NCBI RefSeq assembly: GCF_006345805.1
Contig: NC_043002.1
Span: 63,054,001-63,118,000, forward strand
DNA from: Octopus sinensis
Lineage: Eukaryota
DNA length: 64,000 bases
Direction of reading: 5' to 3'
Every line of letters starts with the position of its first letter. Position 1 is the stretch's first letter. This document shows, in pieces, positions 36,867-52,437 of this stretch. The position numbers and the translations under genes are program-made. The notes beneath the pieces were generated by a model. That model had not been told where the DNA came from. It worked only from the letters and a program-made list of their open reading frames with translations, and made no database searches.

Positions 36867-38909
36867 TATATACACACACAAATATATCTATATATATATA
36901 TGTATAACTAGATACATATATATATAGAGAGAGAGAGATAGAGAGGAGATGGATAGATAGATAGATAAGCAGATAGGTAAGTATTTTGAGTATATGTATG
37001 CAAATATGCTTAAAAGTATATGCGTGTGTGTACATATATACATATGTATATTTCTCTATCTCTAAATATTTAATATCATACGTTCTATATATATATTCAT
37101 TCTGTAAACCAAATAAGTTATAGCCACAAAGCAAAAGAACGGAGAATATATTTAATTACTATTAATATATTTCGTAATGAATATTCTCTCTATGATGGAC
37201 GTACTATTAATTCAAGTCACATTCCGTTCCGTTGTTTAAACTGATACGCTTACCTTTTATCGGTAAACGCCATTCAAATGATTACTGGTGCTCTTTACAT
37301 TTAGAGATGAAATGAAATTAAGTACCGTAGATTATCCTTCTTCTGTAATGTCTAAATAAGTGTCAAGCAGGGTTAATGATTATTTGAATGTTAAAAATAT
37401 TATCTATCGTATGCAGGCTCTCACAACTAATGAATCTACAGGGAATTATTTTGTCACGTGACAGCTATGTGAAAAATGGCGTCTATTTCGTACTTTATTT
37501 TATAGACTGTGAATAACTCACATGTGATTTCTGCGATATTTGAACACCTAATAAAAAGAATTGGGACGAATGCTGCAAAGATAAGCATTTTTATCTGGTG
37601 CTAAAACAATTCGAGATATCTACTCATGAAGCTTAGTAAAAATGGAATTAAATTTTGGCTGAAGCCTGAAATTTAAGTAGAGGGAATTTGCCGATCACTT
37701 TTAACCTAGTGCGTAAATGGTAACAATCTTATCGACACTGAATTTGAAGGCAAATTGAAAATTGAACTCGATGCTGCTAGCAATGAAATATCCTTTTGCG
37801 AATTTCTGTCATTAGAATACAGTCGTATTTAGATATCGTGTTATTTAGTAAACTTTAAAATTTGAAAATCCGAAGTAGGTAAAAAAACAATTGTAAGAGA
37901 CATTAATTGTTTATTGGGGTGGATGATTGTAGTTCATGAGTTTCCAGTGGAGTACACTTCGTTGAGTACTTATTACTTCTGATGTTCTGCTAGCAAGGGA
38001 ACACATGTAAACTAGATTTTATCTTTTCCATTCCCTCAAAATACACATAAACACGCGTGCGCACGTACACATGCGCACAAATACACTTATATGCAGACAT
38101 ATTTTATTGTATTTAGTTACGTAGGCAGTACAATGCGTTATGGCATGAGCACACATGGCAATAGAGATAATCACGTGAAATATTAAGAAAAGCAAATGTC
38201 TGAAGCGAGTATTATTGCAAACTCAATACTCACACAGGCACGCAATCATTCACAAGCACACACAAGCACATGCACTCACACACTCGCAGACAAATACAAA
38301 ACCTAAGAGCGTAGCTAGATGTCAAACACGATTTCGTAAGCAAGAGTACGTTATTTCAGATAATTATTGCTCTTTCTCAAGTCCAGGCGAACGGAAATAC
38401 AGAACCATCCGGTATTAAGTTCTAATGGAACATCTTTGATGTGATATCTCTTGGGTAAAATATCTGTATTACAACTGAGTTTACACTAAACTTGTTGACC
38501 CCGAGAAGGCTTATCTCAAAGTATCGCAGTGGAATGAACTCAAATCGCAGAATGCGAGAACAATTATAGGAATGCACTGTATGCATTGGACGTATGATTC
38601 TGCCATTCATACATGCAAGAATGCATACATTTGACATACTCAGTGACCAGAAGATTACAAAATCACAAACATTCGTTATTGTGTATGTATGTATATGTAT
38701 ATGTGAGGGGGGGGGTGTACACATGAATATACGCACACATATATAAATATGTACTTATGTATATTTATGTTTATATAGGTACACTTACTTTTTTTATATA
38801 TCAATCTGTATCTATATGAAAAAAGAAATATCTTTGGATCTAATGTGCAGCTAAAATAGATTTACTTACGTTTTCTTCTCGAGAGAGATATTTCTTCTAC
38901 ACCTATGTA

Positions 38910-39330
38910 CGTGGCTGTGTCATAAGTAGCTTGTTTCCCAACCATATGGTTCCTGGTTCAGTTCCCACTGCGTCTCACCTTGGGCAAGTGTCTTCTACTA
39001 TAGCCTCATGCCGACCAAAGCCTTGTGAGTGGATTTGGTAGACAGAAACTGAAAGAAGCCCGTCGTATATATGTATATACATATATGTATATATATATGT
39101 GTGTGTATATGTTTGTGTGTCTGTGTTTGTCCCCCCAACATCGCTTGACAACCAATGCTGGTGTGTTGTGTTTACGTCGCCGTAACTTAGCGTTTCGGCA
39201 AAAGAGACCGATAGAATAAGTACTAGGCTTACAAAGAATAAGTCCTGGGGTCGATTTGCTCGACTAAAGGCGGTGCTCCAGCATGGCAACAGTCAAATGA
39301 CTGAAACAAGTAAAAGAGTAAAAGAGTAAA
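38910..39330 (+). mobile_element. SINE family B, near full length
   Basis: High similarity to 18011-18440. Confidence 0.9.
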
Positions 39331-40584
39331 CTGTCAGCAAGATTCAACAAAGAACGCAAATTGTTAGCTGTTTGTATACGTTTGAAACTAATGCAAACCA
39401 GCGATGTTCTATGATCTACGCAAAAACTTACAATATGAATTGTAATTGAAGAGATTTTGCATCTAAGTGACGTACTTATTTTGCTACCTTACTATATGTA
39501 AAGCTTAATCCTCTCTTCGGTTGTTGCTTTCATTGATACGAAATGAGAAAGCAGTGGTTGTAATGAAGGGGGGGGGGAGAGAAAATATGTTATAAGATGA
39601 GAATTAAATAAAGAGGTACATGCAAACGGGAGAAAAATTGTCACTAATAAATAAATATTGGTGAGATAAGTAGTAAAGGAAGGAGAGAGTGAAATTGTTT
39701 GGGAGCTGAAAATGTGAAAAAAAAAAACAGAATGAGCAATGACGTTGAAATTATGAAGAAAAGATTTAACGTGTCAAAATAAGAAAAGAATTGTAGTGAG
39801 GAAATGACAAGGAGAAGTATACGGAAACACTGAGGGTTTTCATATATGGTATAGTAGTTCCTTTGTATGTCTGTGGAAACTATGGCGAAGCGGAAGGATT
39901 TTATTTGAGAAAAATTGAATAGAGTTTAATATATATTTATGGAGTGGAAGAGAAGTTATAACCATATATCTCCGTGGCAATCATGCAGGATAGGAAACCA
40001 GTGGAATTTAAATTTAAAGATGGGGGAATCATCTAAAAAATATACCAGGTGAGAAAGTCTCAAGCAAATGGAAGCATTTTCAGAGGCAGAAAAATACTTG
40101 AGTTTGAGTGCAGTATATGGGTGATTATTTCTGAGAGGATAATAAAATGATTGAAGTGAATTGGAGAAAAAGGAAGAAAAAAAGTTAGGTAAAAATTACA
40201 AACTGCAATATTGACAAACCTTAAGAGAGAAAGAATAACTCACAAAATGCAAAATGATAGAGAGGAATATAATGGAGAAGGTTTGGAGATGAAACACTGA
40301 ACATTTCAGAAATAAAGTATGAGAAAAACATTACTTCATTTTCGATATATACTATGCTTTTATTAATGGATCAAACACATAAGGATTTATGTATGAATTA
40401 TTGAAGAACACAAAAAAAGAAGTCAACAGGAATGAATTTGACTGCAATGTATACAACAGCGTTTAGAAGAAAATTCAAGAACGTTCATGTCTTCTAGAGC
40501 AATTTTTTGTCCAGGATAACATATTTTGTTTTCGGGCTGCTTTCGTGATTTCTTAACTGAGATTTGCATATATTGTTATGATAT

Positions 40585-40741
40585 AGGCGCAGGAGCGGCT
40601 CTGCGATAATTAACTTGAATACCGAGCACATGGTTCTGGATCCAGTCCCACTTGGGCAAGTGTCTTCTACTATAGCCTTGGACAGAACAAGGCCTTGTGT
40701 GTGGATTTGGTAGATCGAAACTGAAAGAAGCCCTTCATATG

Positions 40742-40806
<65 letters not shown>

Positions 40807-41020
40807 ATGTGTATGTGTGTGTGTCTGTTTGTCCCCCCAATATCACTTTACAACCGATGCTGGTGTGTTTACGTCCCCGTAACTTATTGGTTCAGTAAAA
40901 GAGACCGATAGAATAAGTACTAAGCTTACAAAAAAGTCCTGGAGTTGATTTGCTCCAGCATGGCCAGCATGACCGCATTCAAATGACTGAAACAAGTAAA
41001 AGGATAAAAGAATAAAAGAA
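40585..41020 (+). mobile_element. SINE family B
   Basis: High similarity to 18011-18440. Confidence 0.85.
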
Positions 41021-42759
41021 TATTACAAGATACTTTTACTGAGATTTTATTAGTGTATAGACTTAAGCGTACTCTTACACACTTGTCGTATGCCATATGT
41101 GTATGTCTCTATATTTAAGTTTATATCGCCATTGATAAACAATAGTGTCGAAGGTAACAGATTTCCGGAAGTGATGGGTTTACTGTCTCTTTATATGTGA
41201 GAGAGTAACAAGGAATGCATTATGAATATAAAAGAATTCGTTCTGAATTTTTTTTTTTCGGGTCGATATGTCTGTTTCGTCTACGTGACTCTTGAGAAAA
41301 CACTCATATATACACAGGGAAGACACATGCGGAAATGACACTCTCGCGAACACATATAAACGATATTTACGATCACTATGTATGTTTATACATATATTGG
41401 GTTGGTACATAATTATTGCAGCTTTTTACAACAAATTTTATTCAACCAAATCAACAGCATATAACAAAAACATTTTTAAATGATTATTCTGGAGCATATT
41501 TACCATCAACGTCAATTACTGCTTCTCATTTGCTTGGCAGACTGTCAGACCGCCATTTAAAGATGTTTTTTGTTAAATATTGTTACTATTTTTGCTGAAT
41601 AAAATTTGTTGAAAAACAGCCGCAATAGTTATGCACCAACCTAATATATGTTTGCGCACGCGTGTATTTGTGTGTGATCAAAGCAATCACGAATTACAAA
41701 ATAACATGAAATATTCAATATTAATAAGAATTATTTTGAATTTATTTAATCCTTATATATAAACTTAATAGCTGTTCTCGCTTCCCTTCTGTTGGCAATA
41801 TTTACTTAATGACTCTAGTTCATATCTTTTTCGATAAAAACAAAATATATATTTGAAAAAAATAAAATATAAAAATACAATTTGAAGTAAATAGCACTAC
41901 ATAGGAGAGTTGAAAAATGGAAAAAGAAATTTAAAAACTATGAAAGTAAAAATAGGGAACTAACAAAAAAGAAAAAAGAAAATAGCGATAATTCGGTAAA
42001 TGTTTGTTTCAGTTTTGTCTATGGATGATCAATAAAATATGATTTCGGATATCAAACAAGAAATAATCTAAGAATCAGTTTTCGGGTTAGGAACGAAAAG
42101 CAAAAAGTAACATTAACCTTGATGTATGAACGTAATTTTGCTAAATTTTAACCTGAAGAGGAAAAAAGTCAAGCTCATTAGATAAAACGCTGGTAAGGAT
42201 AATATCTGAAGAAGAAAAAAAAAAAGTAACAGTAAGGAGGAAATGTTTTTGATACAAAAAAATATAAGATATTTTCAATTGAACGTGTGTTTATATAACA
42301 GACGCGCCAGATGTAAATAAAAAAGATATCATGGAATTTACAGATATACAAATAGAAATATATATTTTGAATATAAATTCACAAATATTTTTTCTCTCAG
42401 TCGCTCTCTCTTTTTTAATCATGCACATGCATATACCTATGATGATTATGTAATCAGCGAAAAAGAAATAGATTTATTTACTAATTCATATCTTTATAAT
42501 ATTGCTTTCGTTGATATTATCCAATGTGAAAGCCCACATGTGAGTGACATGTGAGTGAAACCGCTCTGCAGATGTCGTATTGCTGTACATTCAGGAAACA
42601 TCAAGATTTACAGTGATGGAAGAGAGTATTGTTAATAGATATTGAAACTGTACTTTCGTGCATGGCCTATGGGTACGAAAGGTGCGGGCTATCATGAGAT
42701 TGAGGAGAAGAGATTGAGAAATGATAACATAAGATAGTGTAATGTGAAGTAAATATGAT

Positions 42760-43731
42760 ATACGAAGATTAAACCTTTCTCCTTGGGATAATGCTCATTA
42801 ATCCATAGACTTTGAGAAATGGAGAAGAAATGTACTCACCTATATTGGTGGAAATTGCTGTGATGAACGCAAAAATTGTTTGACTGCAAGCTGAAGTGCA
42901 TACAACGCCCGTTATCATCATTTAGGGACCGAGCGTCAAGGGGCAAATGTTGAAATGTTAGAGTACAGCGTAAGCTTTGATGAGTGGACGAGATTTTCCA
43001 CGCCTTGTAAACCTAGTTTTTACTCCCAACAACTGCAAGTGTAGATCCGATTAAAATATTTGGATAACTCGTTTTTGATGAGTGCGAGATGTGTTGGGAT
43101 AAGATGGTTTTATTCATCTGCCAAATTGTTTCTCCAGGGTGAGTGATGAAATATATTTGTTACCAAAGATACTTGACATAAATGGAGCTGTTATTACTCG
43201 GCTGAAAGGAATTGCCAAAGGATTTGGAGAAGAGGACGTTGTGTAATATATGATCGGGTGTTCAGTGGTTCCCAATCTTTTTCGGGCTCTGACCCCTTGA
43301 CGCCCACGCCACATTCCTAGCACCTCACTCCAACTAATCATCACATTAACTTCTTTCTGAAGCACATTCAAAGCAACTGCATTTAACCAATGAAACGTAA
43401 CATAACGTACTTAATATTTGTTGTGTTTATACGAATCGCTACGCCATTATCGCTTCACCTTTCTTCAACTCCCTCTTCGAACCTTCTACCGTCTCCAGCA
43501 GTACAATACCGCCCAATTTAGGAACCATTGTGGTAGGTAACGGCGATGAAGCAGTGGTGTGAAGGCATGAAAAGCGTAAGGAAAAATCCACTATGGTAGG
43601 GGTTAGATTTGGACGTGAAAAATGATCAATGATGTTTGAGGTGTATTTGTACAAGACACGACTACGTTGAAGCAAGTTGAGATAAGTAAAAGATTCGGCT
43701 TTTGTAAGAGCAGCATAATTGTCGGAATTGC
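42760..43731 (-). pseudogene. Highly decayed LINE RT C-terminal fragment (CR1/L2/I-like)
   Basis: Minus-strand translation gives SDNYAALT...LLQRSRVLYKYT...NLTPTIVDFS, then YVKYLW...HISHSSKT...VYKAW, loosely matching RT domains 5-7. Interrupted by the MITE. Confidence 0.4.
43263..43530. mobile_element. hAT-like MITE
   Basis: TIRs CAGTGGTTCCCAA / TTAGGAACCATTG (11/13); no clear 8-bp TSD. Confidence 0.5.
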
Positions 43732-44779
43732 GTAATATATGATCGGGTGTTCAGTGGTTCCCAATCTGTTTCGGACTCCGCCCCCTTGACGCCCACGTCA
43801 CATTCCTAGCGCCCCACTCCAACTAATCATCACATATACCTCTTTCTGAAGATATGAGCTCCACGAGAAATTGTGAGTATGGAAAATATCGAAAACGATG
43901 ACTTCTAAGAAAGATGAAATGAAATTTGGTTGTGCTCACCGGACAAAATATATTCCAGGAAAATGCGTCTGTAAGAGTCTGTATATACACACGCGCTTCA
44001 GTATATGTATGTGCAAGTCAAAGCGGTAGGTTTATTTACATATCTATGTGTATGTATATGTGAGTGCGTGTATGCATGTATACAGGCATATATGCATTAG
44101 GTTGTATGTGAGAGTGTATGTGTGAGTCAGTGTGTATGTATGTATCCGATCACTGAATACTAAAGGTCAGCTTAAGAAATTCACATGTGTAGCCAACCAT
44201 GAAGAACAGTTCAGATATATAACCAAATAGAAGACCAATCCTACTTAAATTTCAGCCAGTACCATCTACTACCTTTAATAGCAGTCCGACAAATACGATC
44301 TCGCAGCACACACCATGGGTCTGTCAGCCGCTACTAAATTGAAACCAGGGCGAACAGAGGAGATGGCCTTAATTCGACGATTTTAAACTAGCGGAGACAA
44401 CACTAGTATATCGCCCGAGGAAACACAAGTAGATCTCATTATGCAAACAAACAGTTTCATAATCAAATGTCTTTATTCTTGGTAAGCTACGTAGTGTCGA
44501 AACAATTGTAGCAAATAATAAATGTCCAACCTCCCTCCTTCTTCTTCACTCCATTTTCTTCAATTTTATATGCGTGACGAATGCAAAAATTTACACTTGG
44601 AAGTATATAAATCCTACCGATAGTACTGGGTAGTTCTGAAGGTGGACGAGCTTTATACTACACTCTACCACATTCCTGACGGAATATAACATAACCACAC
44701 AAGCCCCTTTCCCCCCACACACATACAGACACACACACGATTCTTGAAACGTCGCTTAAAATCCAGAAGCATGCAGAGA

Positions 44780-44992
44780 CATGTTGCTCCAGTCCACTCA
44801 GCTGGCAAAAATGAGTAGTTACTGTATTTCAAAGGGCCAGCGTTGTCACACTTTGTATCACGCCTAACCTCCCTGAGAACTACATTAAGGCGTAACGTGT
44901 CTGTGTAGTGCTCAGCCACTTGCACGTTAATTTCACGAGCAAGCTCACCCATTGATCATATCAGCTGAGAGCCTCGTCGTCGTAACCGACAG
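44780..44992 (+). mobile_element. SINE family C variant (3' part)
   Basis: GTTGCTCCAGTCCACTCAGCTGGCAAAAATGAGTA is the reverse complement of 62846-62884. Confidence 0.75.
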
Positions 44993-46129
44993 ATTACAAT
45001 AACGAATGCATATATAAAACATTGATATATAAATAATGACAAACGGTTTAATACAATCTCTGTATACTCTCAACGTAAAACTGTTACAGCTTTAATCTTC
45101 CTTTTTGCCCTAATAAATAATCCCACAATCAGCAGGATTCCCTGACACACAATGCAACTAGGCTTAATTTAGCTATATCAGGAATATTGATAATGTAACG
45201 AATATACAAACATGTATAAAATCCACTTGAATTATATACACTTGTACAGTGGACATATATTTTAGAATCAAAGATCTGTGTCAACTCGAACGTCAATACT
45301 TAGCCAGATCCATAATATAGTAAAGTGATGTAACGCACAAATCAAACGACACTGATGAAACTAAATCGCACATAGTAATCTGAGTAGAATATATGACAGA
45401 GAAAAGAAGGTGATGCCAACAAGTGAAGTATAAGGTGGCGAGGAGAAAACGTTTATAGTATGTACAATTCTGATTAAAGACCGAAACACACACTATGTGA
45501 ACTGCTCAAAGATACATAATCAGAGACGAGACAAGAATTGCAATATGCTAAGCAAAACCAGAAAATATTTTTCATAAAGTATAAAAATAACTAATAAACG
45601 TCACTACGAAAGCCATATTTTCTTCCAATGCATAGACAAATTTCACTCTATTACGCAAAGGAATATGGATAAGAGGATGAACCGGATTTTACAAAAATAT
45701 CACCCAGAATATAAAAACATTACCAACGATATGACTGTAAAAATTGTCAGAATATGAATAATTCATGAGTTGAAAACGTTTGAAAATTGCCGTTGCGTTA
45801 TGAAAGTTCACTGAAATAGAATATAACCAACTGTAATTATTAATAATCGGTTCTTACATGAGCACAATAACATAGATTTAGGAAGGAGGTGTTTCTGGAT
45901 GAAATCGATTCTAATATATGACTGGTAGATTATTTTATCGATTCTAAGAATGAAGAAAAGAAAATTTGATCTGGGTGGAGGTTGAATTATAAAATGTACA
46001 TTGGTAAGGAAATACATTCTGACTGACGACGTAGAAATCCTACCAATGTAACGGTAGATAACAATGAATATTTCTTTGAGTTATAACAACAATAATAATA
46101 ATCATTATTTTTACTCTAGACATTCTAGG

Positions 46130-46350
46130 CCTTGAAAGTTTTTTTTTTTTCTGTTGGTGGGGAAGTGATGGCGGAGGTGGCTAGTCGATTGCATCAATCC
46201 TAGTACGCTGCTGGTACTTATTTCATCGGCCCCGAAAGGAGGAAAGGCAAAGTCGACCACGGCTGAAGTTGAACTCAGAACGCAGAGGCAGACGAAATAC
46301 CGGTAAGCATTTCGCCCGGCGTGCTAATGATTCTCCCAGCCCGCCGCCTT
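46130..46350 (-). mobile_element. SINE family A
   Basis: GAAAGGCAAAGTCGACC...GAACTCAGAACG...CCAGCCCGCCGCC. Confidence 0.85.
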
Positions 46351-46391
46351 CAATAACAACAACAACAACAACAATACTAATGACGATGATA

Positions 46392-46878
46392 AACGAACAT
46401 AAACCCGAAGGCATCATCGGAAATGACAAGGAAAAATCCTATAGCATTTTATGATTGAGTGTGATCATGAGATAGAGAATAGGAAGGGAGACATAGTGTT
46501 AATTGAGAAAGAAAGCAAACGATGCTGGTTCATAGATATTTTATGCCCAGCTGACAACAACGTATGCGATAAAGAAGAAAGAAATGTCGAGAGACAGGAT
46601 AGGTTAGTTTGAGCTGTGAAGCAGTTTTGGTCAATGAAAAAAGTGGTAGTAGTACCAATAATTGTCGGAGCCCTGAGAACAGTGAGTAAAAATCTTGAGA
46701 AGTACATGGAACAAACACGGGCTGCAATAAGGGTGCAGCACCTGCAGAAAACAGAACTGCTTGGAACCGCTCGAATATTCTGCATGGCGCTCGAAAAATA
46801 AGGGGTGTTGCCTTAGTTCACTGGTAATGAAAAGCTGGCACCTTCGTACATCTCTAGCGATAGAATCTGTGCAAAGAC

Positions 46879-46879
<1 letters not shown>
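46392..46879 (+). mobile_element. RLE non-LTR element 3' stub (second family)
   Basis: HKPEGIIGND...RKGDIVL...FIDILCPAD...VPIIVGALRTVSK...LQKTELLGTARIF; followed by (AAT)n. Confidence 0.8.
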
Positions 46880-46910
<31 letters not shown>

Positions 46911-46915
46911 TAATA

Positions 46916-46968
<53 letters not shown>

Positions 46969-46977
46969 AATAATAAT

Positions 46978-47330
46978 AATAGATGTTGCAATGCTAGGCG
47001 ATCCAAGGTTGAAACGTAAGGAAACAGAAAAGAGTGAGAAATACCAGAGACTGCGGGATGAGATAGATAAGTTATGGGGCATGAGGAAAGTAATGGTGAT
47101 ACCGGTGGCAATTGGAGCATTAGGAGCAGTTTCCAAAAGCTTTGAAAAACATATTAAGATTATTGGAGAAGCTATCATTCTCAAAGTGATCCAGAAGACA
47201 GCATTGTTTGGTACAGCTCGCATTCTAATGAGAGCATTGTCTCTTTGAGTCACAGGAGAAGGCACTACTTGAAATCTTTGATTTGTTGTTGCCTGCTTTC
47301 AAGTAAAGGATAAACCAGTAATTAAGAACT
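46978..47330 (+). mobile_element. RLE non-LTR element 3' stub (third family)
   Basis: IDVAMLGD...KETEKSEKYQRL...IPVAIGALGAV...IQKTALFGTARIL; starts inside (AAT)n. 3' end approximate. Confidence 0.8.
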
Positions 47331-48061
47331 ATCCCATTAGCTTTCACAAGAAAAACAATGAGAATAATGATTTCATTTATTTGCCACGAAGGCGATTTGT
47401 ATATGTTTTGTCTGGGTGTGAAATCATGGCTGGCTACTGCAAATATTCTGCGCAGCTTCTCACATTTGCAATTCAGCAGTGAGCGTGTACCGTAGTTGAT
47501 GATAGGTCCATCTATGATCACAGGAAATATCAAAGAGGGAACATAAGCATGTTTTGAGAGGGTGCCTTTGGGATGTCAACAATTCATTTCTGGAAACACG
47601 GGGAAAGAGCAATTTTTCTATCATATATTATTTTGTATGACATAATCATCATAATCGTCGTCAACATCGTCGTCATTGTCATCGTCGTCCACCACCACAA
47701 CGACGACGACCACCACCACCACCACTTCCTTCTCCTCCTCCTCCTCCTCCTCCACCACCACCACCACCACCACCACCTCTTCCTCCCCATCCTCCTCCTC
47801 CTCATCATCATCATCAGCCTCATTGTCATTTCTATTTCATTTCTGATAGCTCCCGATTTTACTTGCTCCGGCCAATTTCGTAGTGGTGGACAACAACGCG
47901 TTGGCAAGAATTTCACGGGATCACTTTCCACGACAAGCAAATCCACGTACCTACACACACACGCACATACACAAGCACGTACAGACAAATACACACACAC
48001 CACACACTCACACACACGCATATATATATATACATACACACACACACAGACGCACACACAA

Positions 48062-48093
<32 letters not shown>

Positions 48094-48447
48094 GTATACA
48101 TATATACACACATTCATGCACGCGCATACGTACACATACATGCATATAGATATATATATATATATATTTATATATTTCATCTAGTTTCAGCTCACGAGCT
48201 GTTGCCATGCTGGGGCACTGCCATTTAGTTTTGCTACATACTTTTACTTCACGAATGCGCTTTAGCCATTGAAGTTTGGTGCATGAGAGAGTTTGATGCA
48301 GCTGCCCTCATCTGTACCTCCTGCTGCGAAATTGGTTCATCTGGGACACCTGACAGGAAGATAGATAGATAAGTATATATATTGTTTATGTATATGTATA
48401 TATATATATATACATATATAAGTGTATATAAGTACAAATATATACAT

Positions 48448-48499
<52 letters not shown>

Positions 48500-48878
48500 T
48501 ATATATATATGTATAGATATGTATATATATGTGTGAATATGTGTTATATATATACATATAGAAGTACAAGCTTACGTGATTAACGCTTCTTGTACGAAAA
48601 CGTAAATCTGTGTGTCCTTGAGCTTATGTGCAGGTATGTGTGTGTGTCTGCACACTGAAACACATGCACATGTATGCAGATATCTTTCTACGCAAACGCA
48701 TTCATGTACCCGTGATATGTGCTGAAGCATGCAATACCGATCAGACAGGGTTATGAAATATGGGTCATGAATGTATAGAAATGCGTTTTCCTATCTGTTT
48801 AAATTTCCTGTTGACTTAGAGCATACGCATTCACTAAACACACACATCTGTATATGTATGTATGTATATATGTATGTA

Positions 48879-48938
<60 letters not shown>

Positions 48939-49281
48939 TATATATATATATATATATGCACATATATATGAGCATGTGCGTGTGTGCGTGTGTGTGCTCG
49001 TTTTTGTATGTATATGTATATAGGTACATATATATATGTATATATATATTTAAATATATATATATATATTATATCCGTGTACGGATATGTACCTTCATAC
49101 ATACGATCTCTTTCTTTCTCTATCTCTCTCTCTCTCTCTCTCTCTGCATATGTATATATACATGTTCGTTCACATATATACGTATGTTGATGTATGTAAG
49201 TATGTGCATTTGTTTAGAGGTGTATTTGTATGCACATTCATTGATAAATCATGTTTACACAGCCACACACACACACACACA

Positions 49282-49366
<85 letters not shown>

Positions 49367-49835
49367 ATCTGTGTGTGTGTGTTTATGCGTGTATGAGTGA
49401 ATGTGTGTAGATATGACAACCTACATACGCACATATCTATTAAACGTAGCTTATCACAATTATGTAAATTTTATGTATTCCCGTTGTCTCTATGAGCGTT
49501 TATGCAAACACTAGTTACTGTGCAAATGTTTATGCTCGTGTGTCTGTTTGTCTCTCTCTTACTTAATTGTTGCTTTTTTACTATTCTTTATAAGTTTAAG
49601 CATACGTATATCTGGGTGTCTGAATCTGTATTTGCCTCACAGAACTTTTACAGGCCAATTCACATTGGATAATTTACGGTTGCATGATTTAAATATTACC
49701 TTCATAGCATGTTCGGACTGTCCTCCATAAAAGACAAAAACTGTTATTATATCAGAAATATACACACCTTCGTAATATATAAATTTATATATATATACAT
49801 CGTTATATGCATATATGTATGTGTATAAATATATG

Positions 49836-49899
<64 letters not shown>

Positions 49900-50201
49900 G
49901 TATATATGTGTGTATGTGTATGTGTGTGTGTGTGTATGTGTGCGTTGGTGCGTGTGTGCATGTGTGTGTGTGAGTGCGTATATATGATACGTATGTATAT
50001 AACGAAAAATAAATAAATGTAAAATAAAAAAAATTATATTGATCTATCATTCGTGATTTATCGATTTCATATGATGAATATATCTATTATGTTATATTGT
50101 AAAAATATATAAAAAATAATAAAGGGAGAAAAAAAGAAAATAACTTTTGTTTTCCATCATAAATAAATCTTGTTTTTGAAGTTGTTGGTACATATATACA
50201 T

Positions 50202-50264
<63 letters not shown>

Positions 50265-50310
50265 TACACGTATATATATATATATATATATAATATATAT
50301 ATATATATAC

Positions 50311-50353
<43 letters not shown>

Positions 50354-50359
50354 TATACA

Positions 50360-50431
<72 letters not shown>

Positions 50432-50447
50432 CATACATGCATATATA

Positions 50448-50492
<45 letters not shown>

Positions 50493-50926
50493 TGTTAGAT
50501 TTGACGGATGCCATGATGGTGATGCTGATGTCTGTTAGACTTGTGATTTTATTTTGTGTTTGCGTGACCTCTCTCAACCTCGAAGTCATGATGGTTATTA
50601 CAGAAAAATAATAATAATAAATAAATTAATAGAAAAAAAGTTGCCAATGGAGAAATGCGATGATTCTGGTGACCCGTAGGAAGTACCACCTTAGAATACT
50701 CACGTCTGATATGAGGCATTACTTTAGAAATATACAGTAGTTTTTTATTTCATATATATTTTATTTTTATTGTTTATTGTTTTCGGCTTTATAGCTTATA
50801 AATCACGCTTCACAATGTCAGGAATCGAAGTTCGATCTTAGTAGGTAGTTAGTTTATGATTTACCGTTGTACACATATGACAGGCGGTTTCATTTTTACA
50901 GACATCTCTATATATGTATATATTGA

Positions 50927-50986
<60 letters not shown>

Positions 50987-51002
50987 CGTATGTATGTATA
51001 TA

Positions 51003-51051
<49 letters not shown>

Positions 51052-52437
51052 ATTTAGATATATGTATATGTATATATATATATCCATGTAATACATATGT
51101 GTGTATGTATATATATAAATATACATATATATTCATACAAATGCATATGTATACAAGAATATATATATATATATATACATATGTATACATATATATACAT
51201 ATGTATACCTATATGTATATTTATTCGTTAAATTCGTACGTGTATCTATAAATACACATGCATACGCACACACAGATGCGTATAGACATATGTATATATA
51301 TACATATGTGTGTGTGTGTGTATATTCAATATATATGCATGTGTATTTACACAATTATCACATTTATATCTGGTATATATACATATACACCTCATACTTA
51401 CATACACGCAAACACAGACACACACATATACGTTCACATTGACACAGACACACACATATGGCGTTTCCGCTGCCTCACTTCTATGAATGTCAGGTTGTTT
51501 GATGGTTTTAATAGGTGTTTATAGTTTCGTAACTGTCCGACATAAACCAACTCCTACCAGTGTCAAGGACTAAGGACAAAACTTGCACGTACCTTTGCTC
51601 TAAACCTCAGGTTTTTAACTATAACCCATGCACTTAAATATCACCCACTTAGATAAGGGCACAAGGAGCTTTTATGGTTTGTTAACTTTCTATATTCAAT
51701 CGTCTGCTTGCATTAAAACGTATAAACGAAACCTAAATTTTAGTAGAATTTTCAATACTAAATTCATATTCATATTTGCGGTTTATGTTCCTTCCTAACA
51801 ATAATTGATACATTATAATTGTGATTCCCTTCTCATATTGTTTGGCATTTGGGCTATTTTTTACGTGTTTAAATATATTGTATTTTATAGATTTAATAAT
51901 CAAAGGAGTTTGTTTAAAGATATTGATATTTCTAATACGATTTATACTTACTTCAATTACGCATTGAAAAACATGCATCTGAACAGGGTCTGAAGTATGG
52001 ACTAACAATTGATATAATGATTTTATTTTTCTGAGATCTAAAACACTGAATGTCAAAGTGTTCATTGAAACTCAAGTTATCTTGTTTTAGGTAGATTCGT
52101 AATTTTTTTCAAGTTTTCTGACTACTAAGGATTAATGTTGTTAATGAAGTGTCTGCCTATGAACGGCTTCTGTATTGAGATATTAAATATAATCATATCC
52201 ACTGTATTACTTGGATATAGATTGCTTTCACATTGCTGTTAATTAATTTATGACTCAATTATTCTTCAATTAGTTAGCCTGCTTATCTCTCTGTAGCTCT
52301 TTCTTACACTCTCTCACATTCTGTATCACACGTTTGTTTCTCTCGCTTTCTTCAGATCTCATCTCCATTGTTTCTAATCTAAAAATATAAAGTCTACTTC
52401 GACGGCAGCACCACCAACCTCATTACTATTACCATCA

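Noticed and set aside
39700-40400. Purine-rich stretch faintly resembling a LINE RT thumb
   Set aside because: Too decayed to assign without a profile search.
51945-52040. Possible minus-strand exon ending GAA|GTAAGT (LRKIKSLYQLLVHTSDPVQMHVFQCVIE)
   Set aside because: Only splice-like motifs; no recognisable homology or neighbouring exons.
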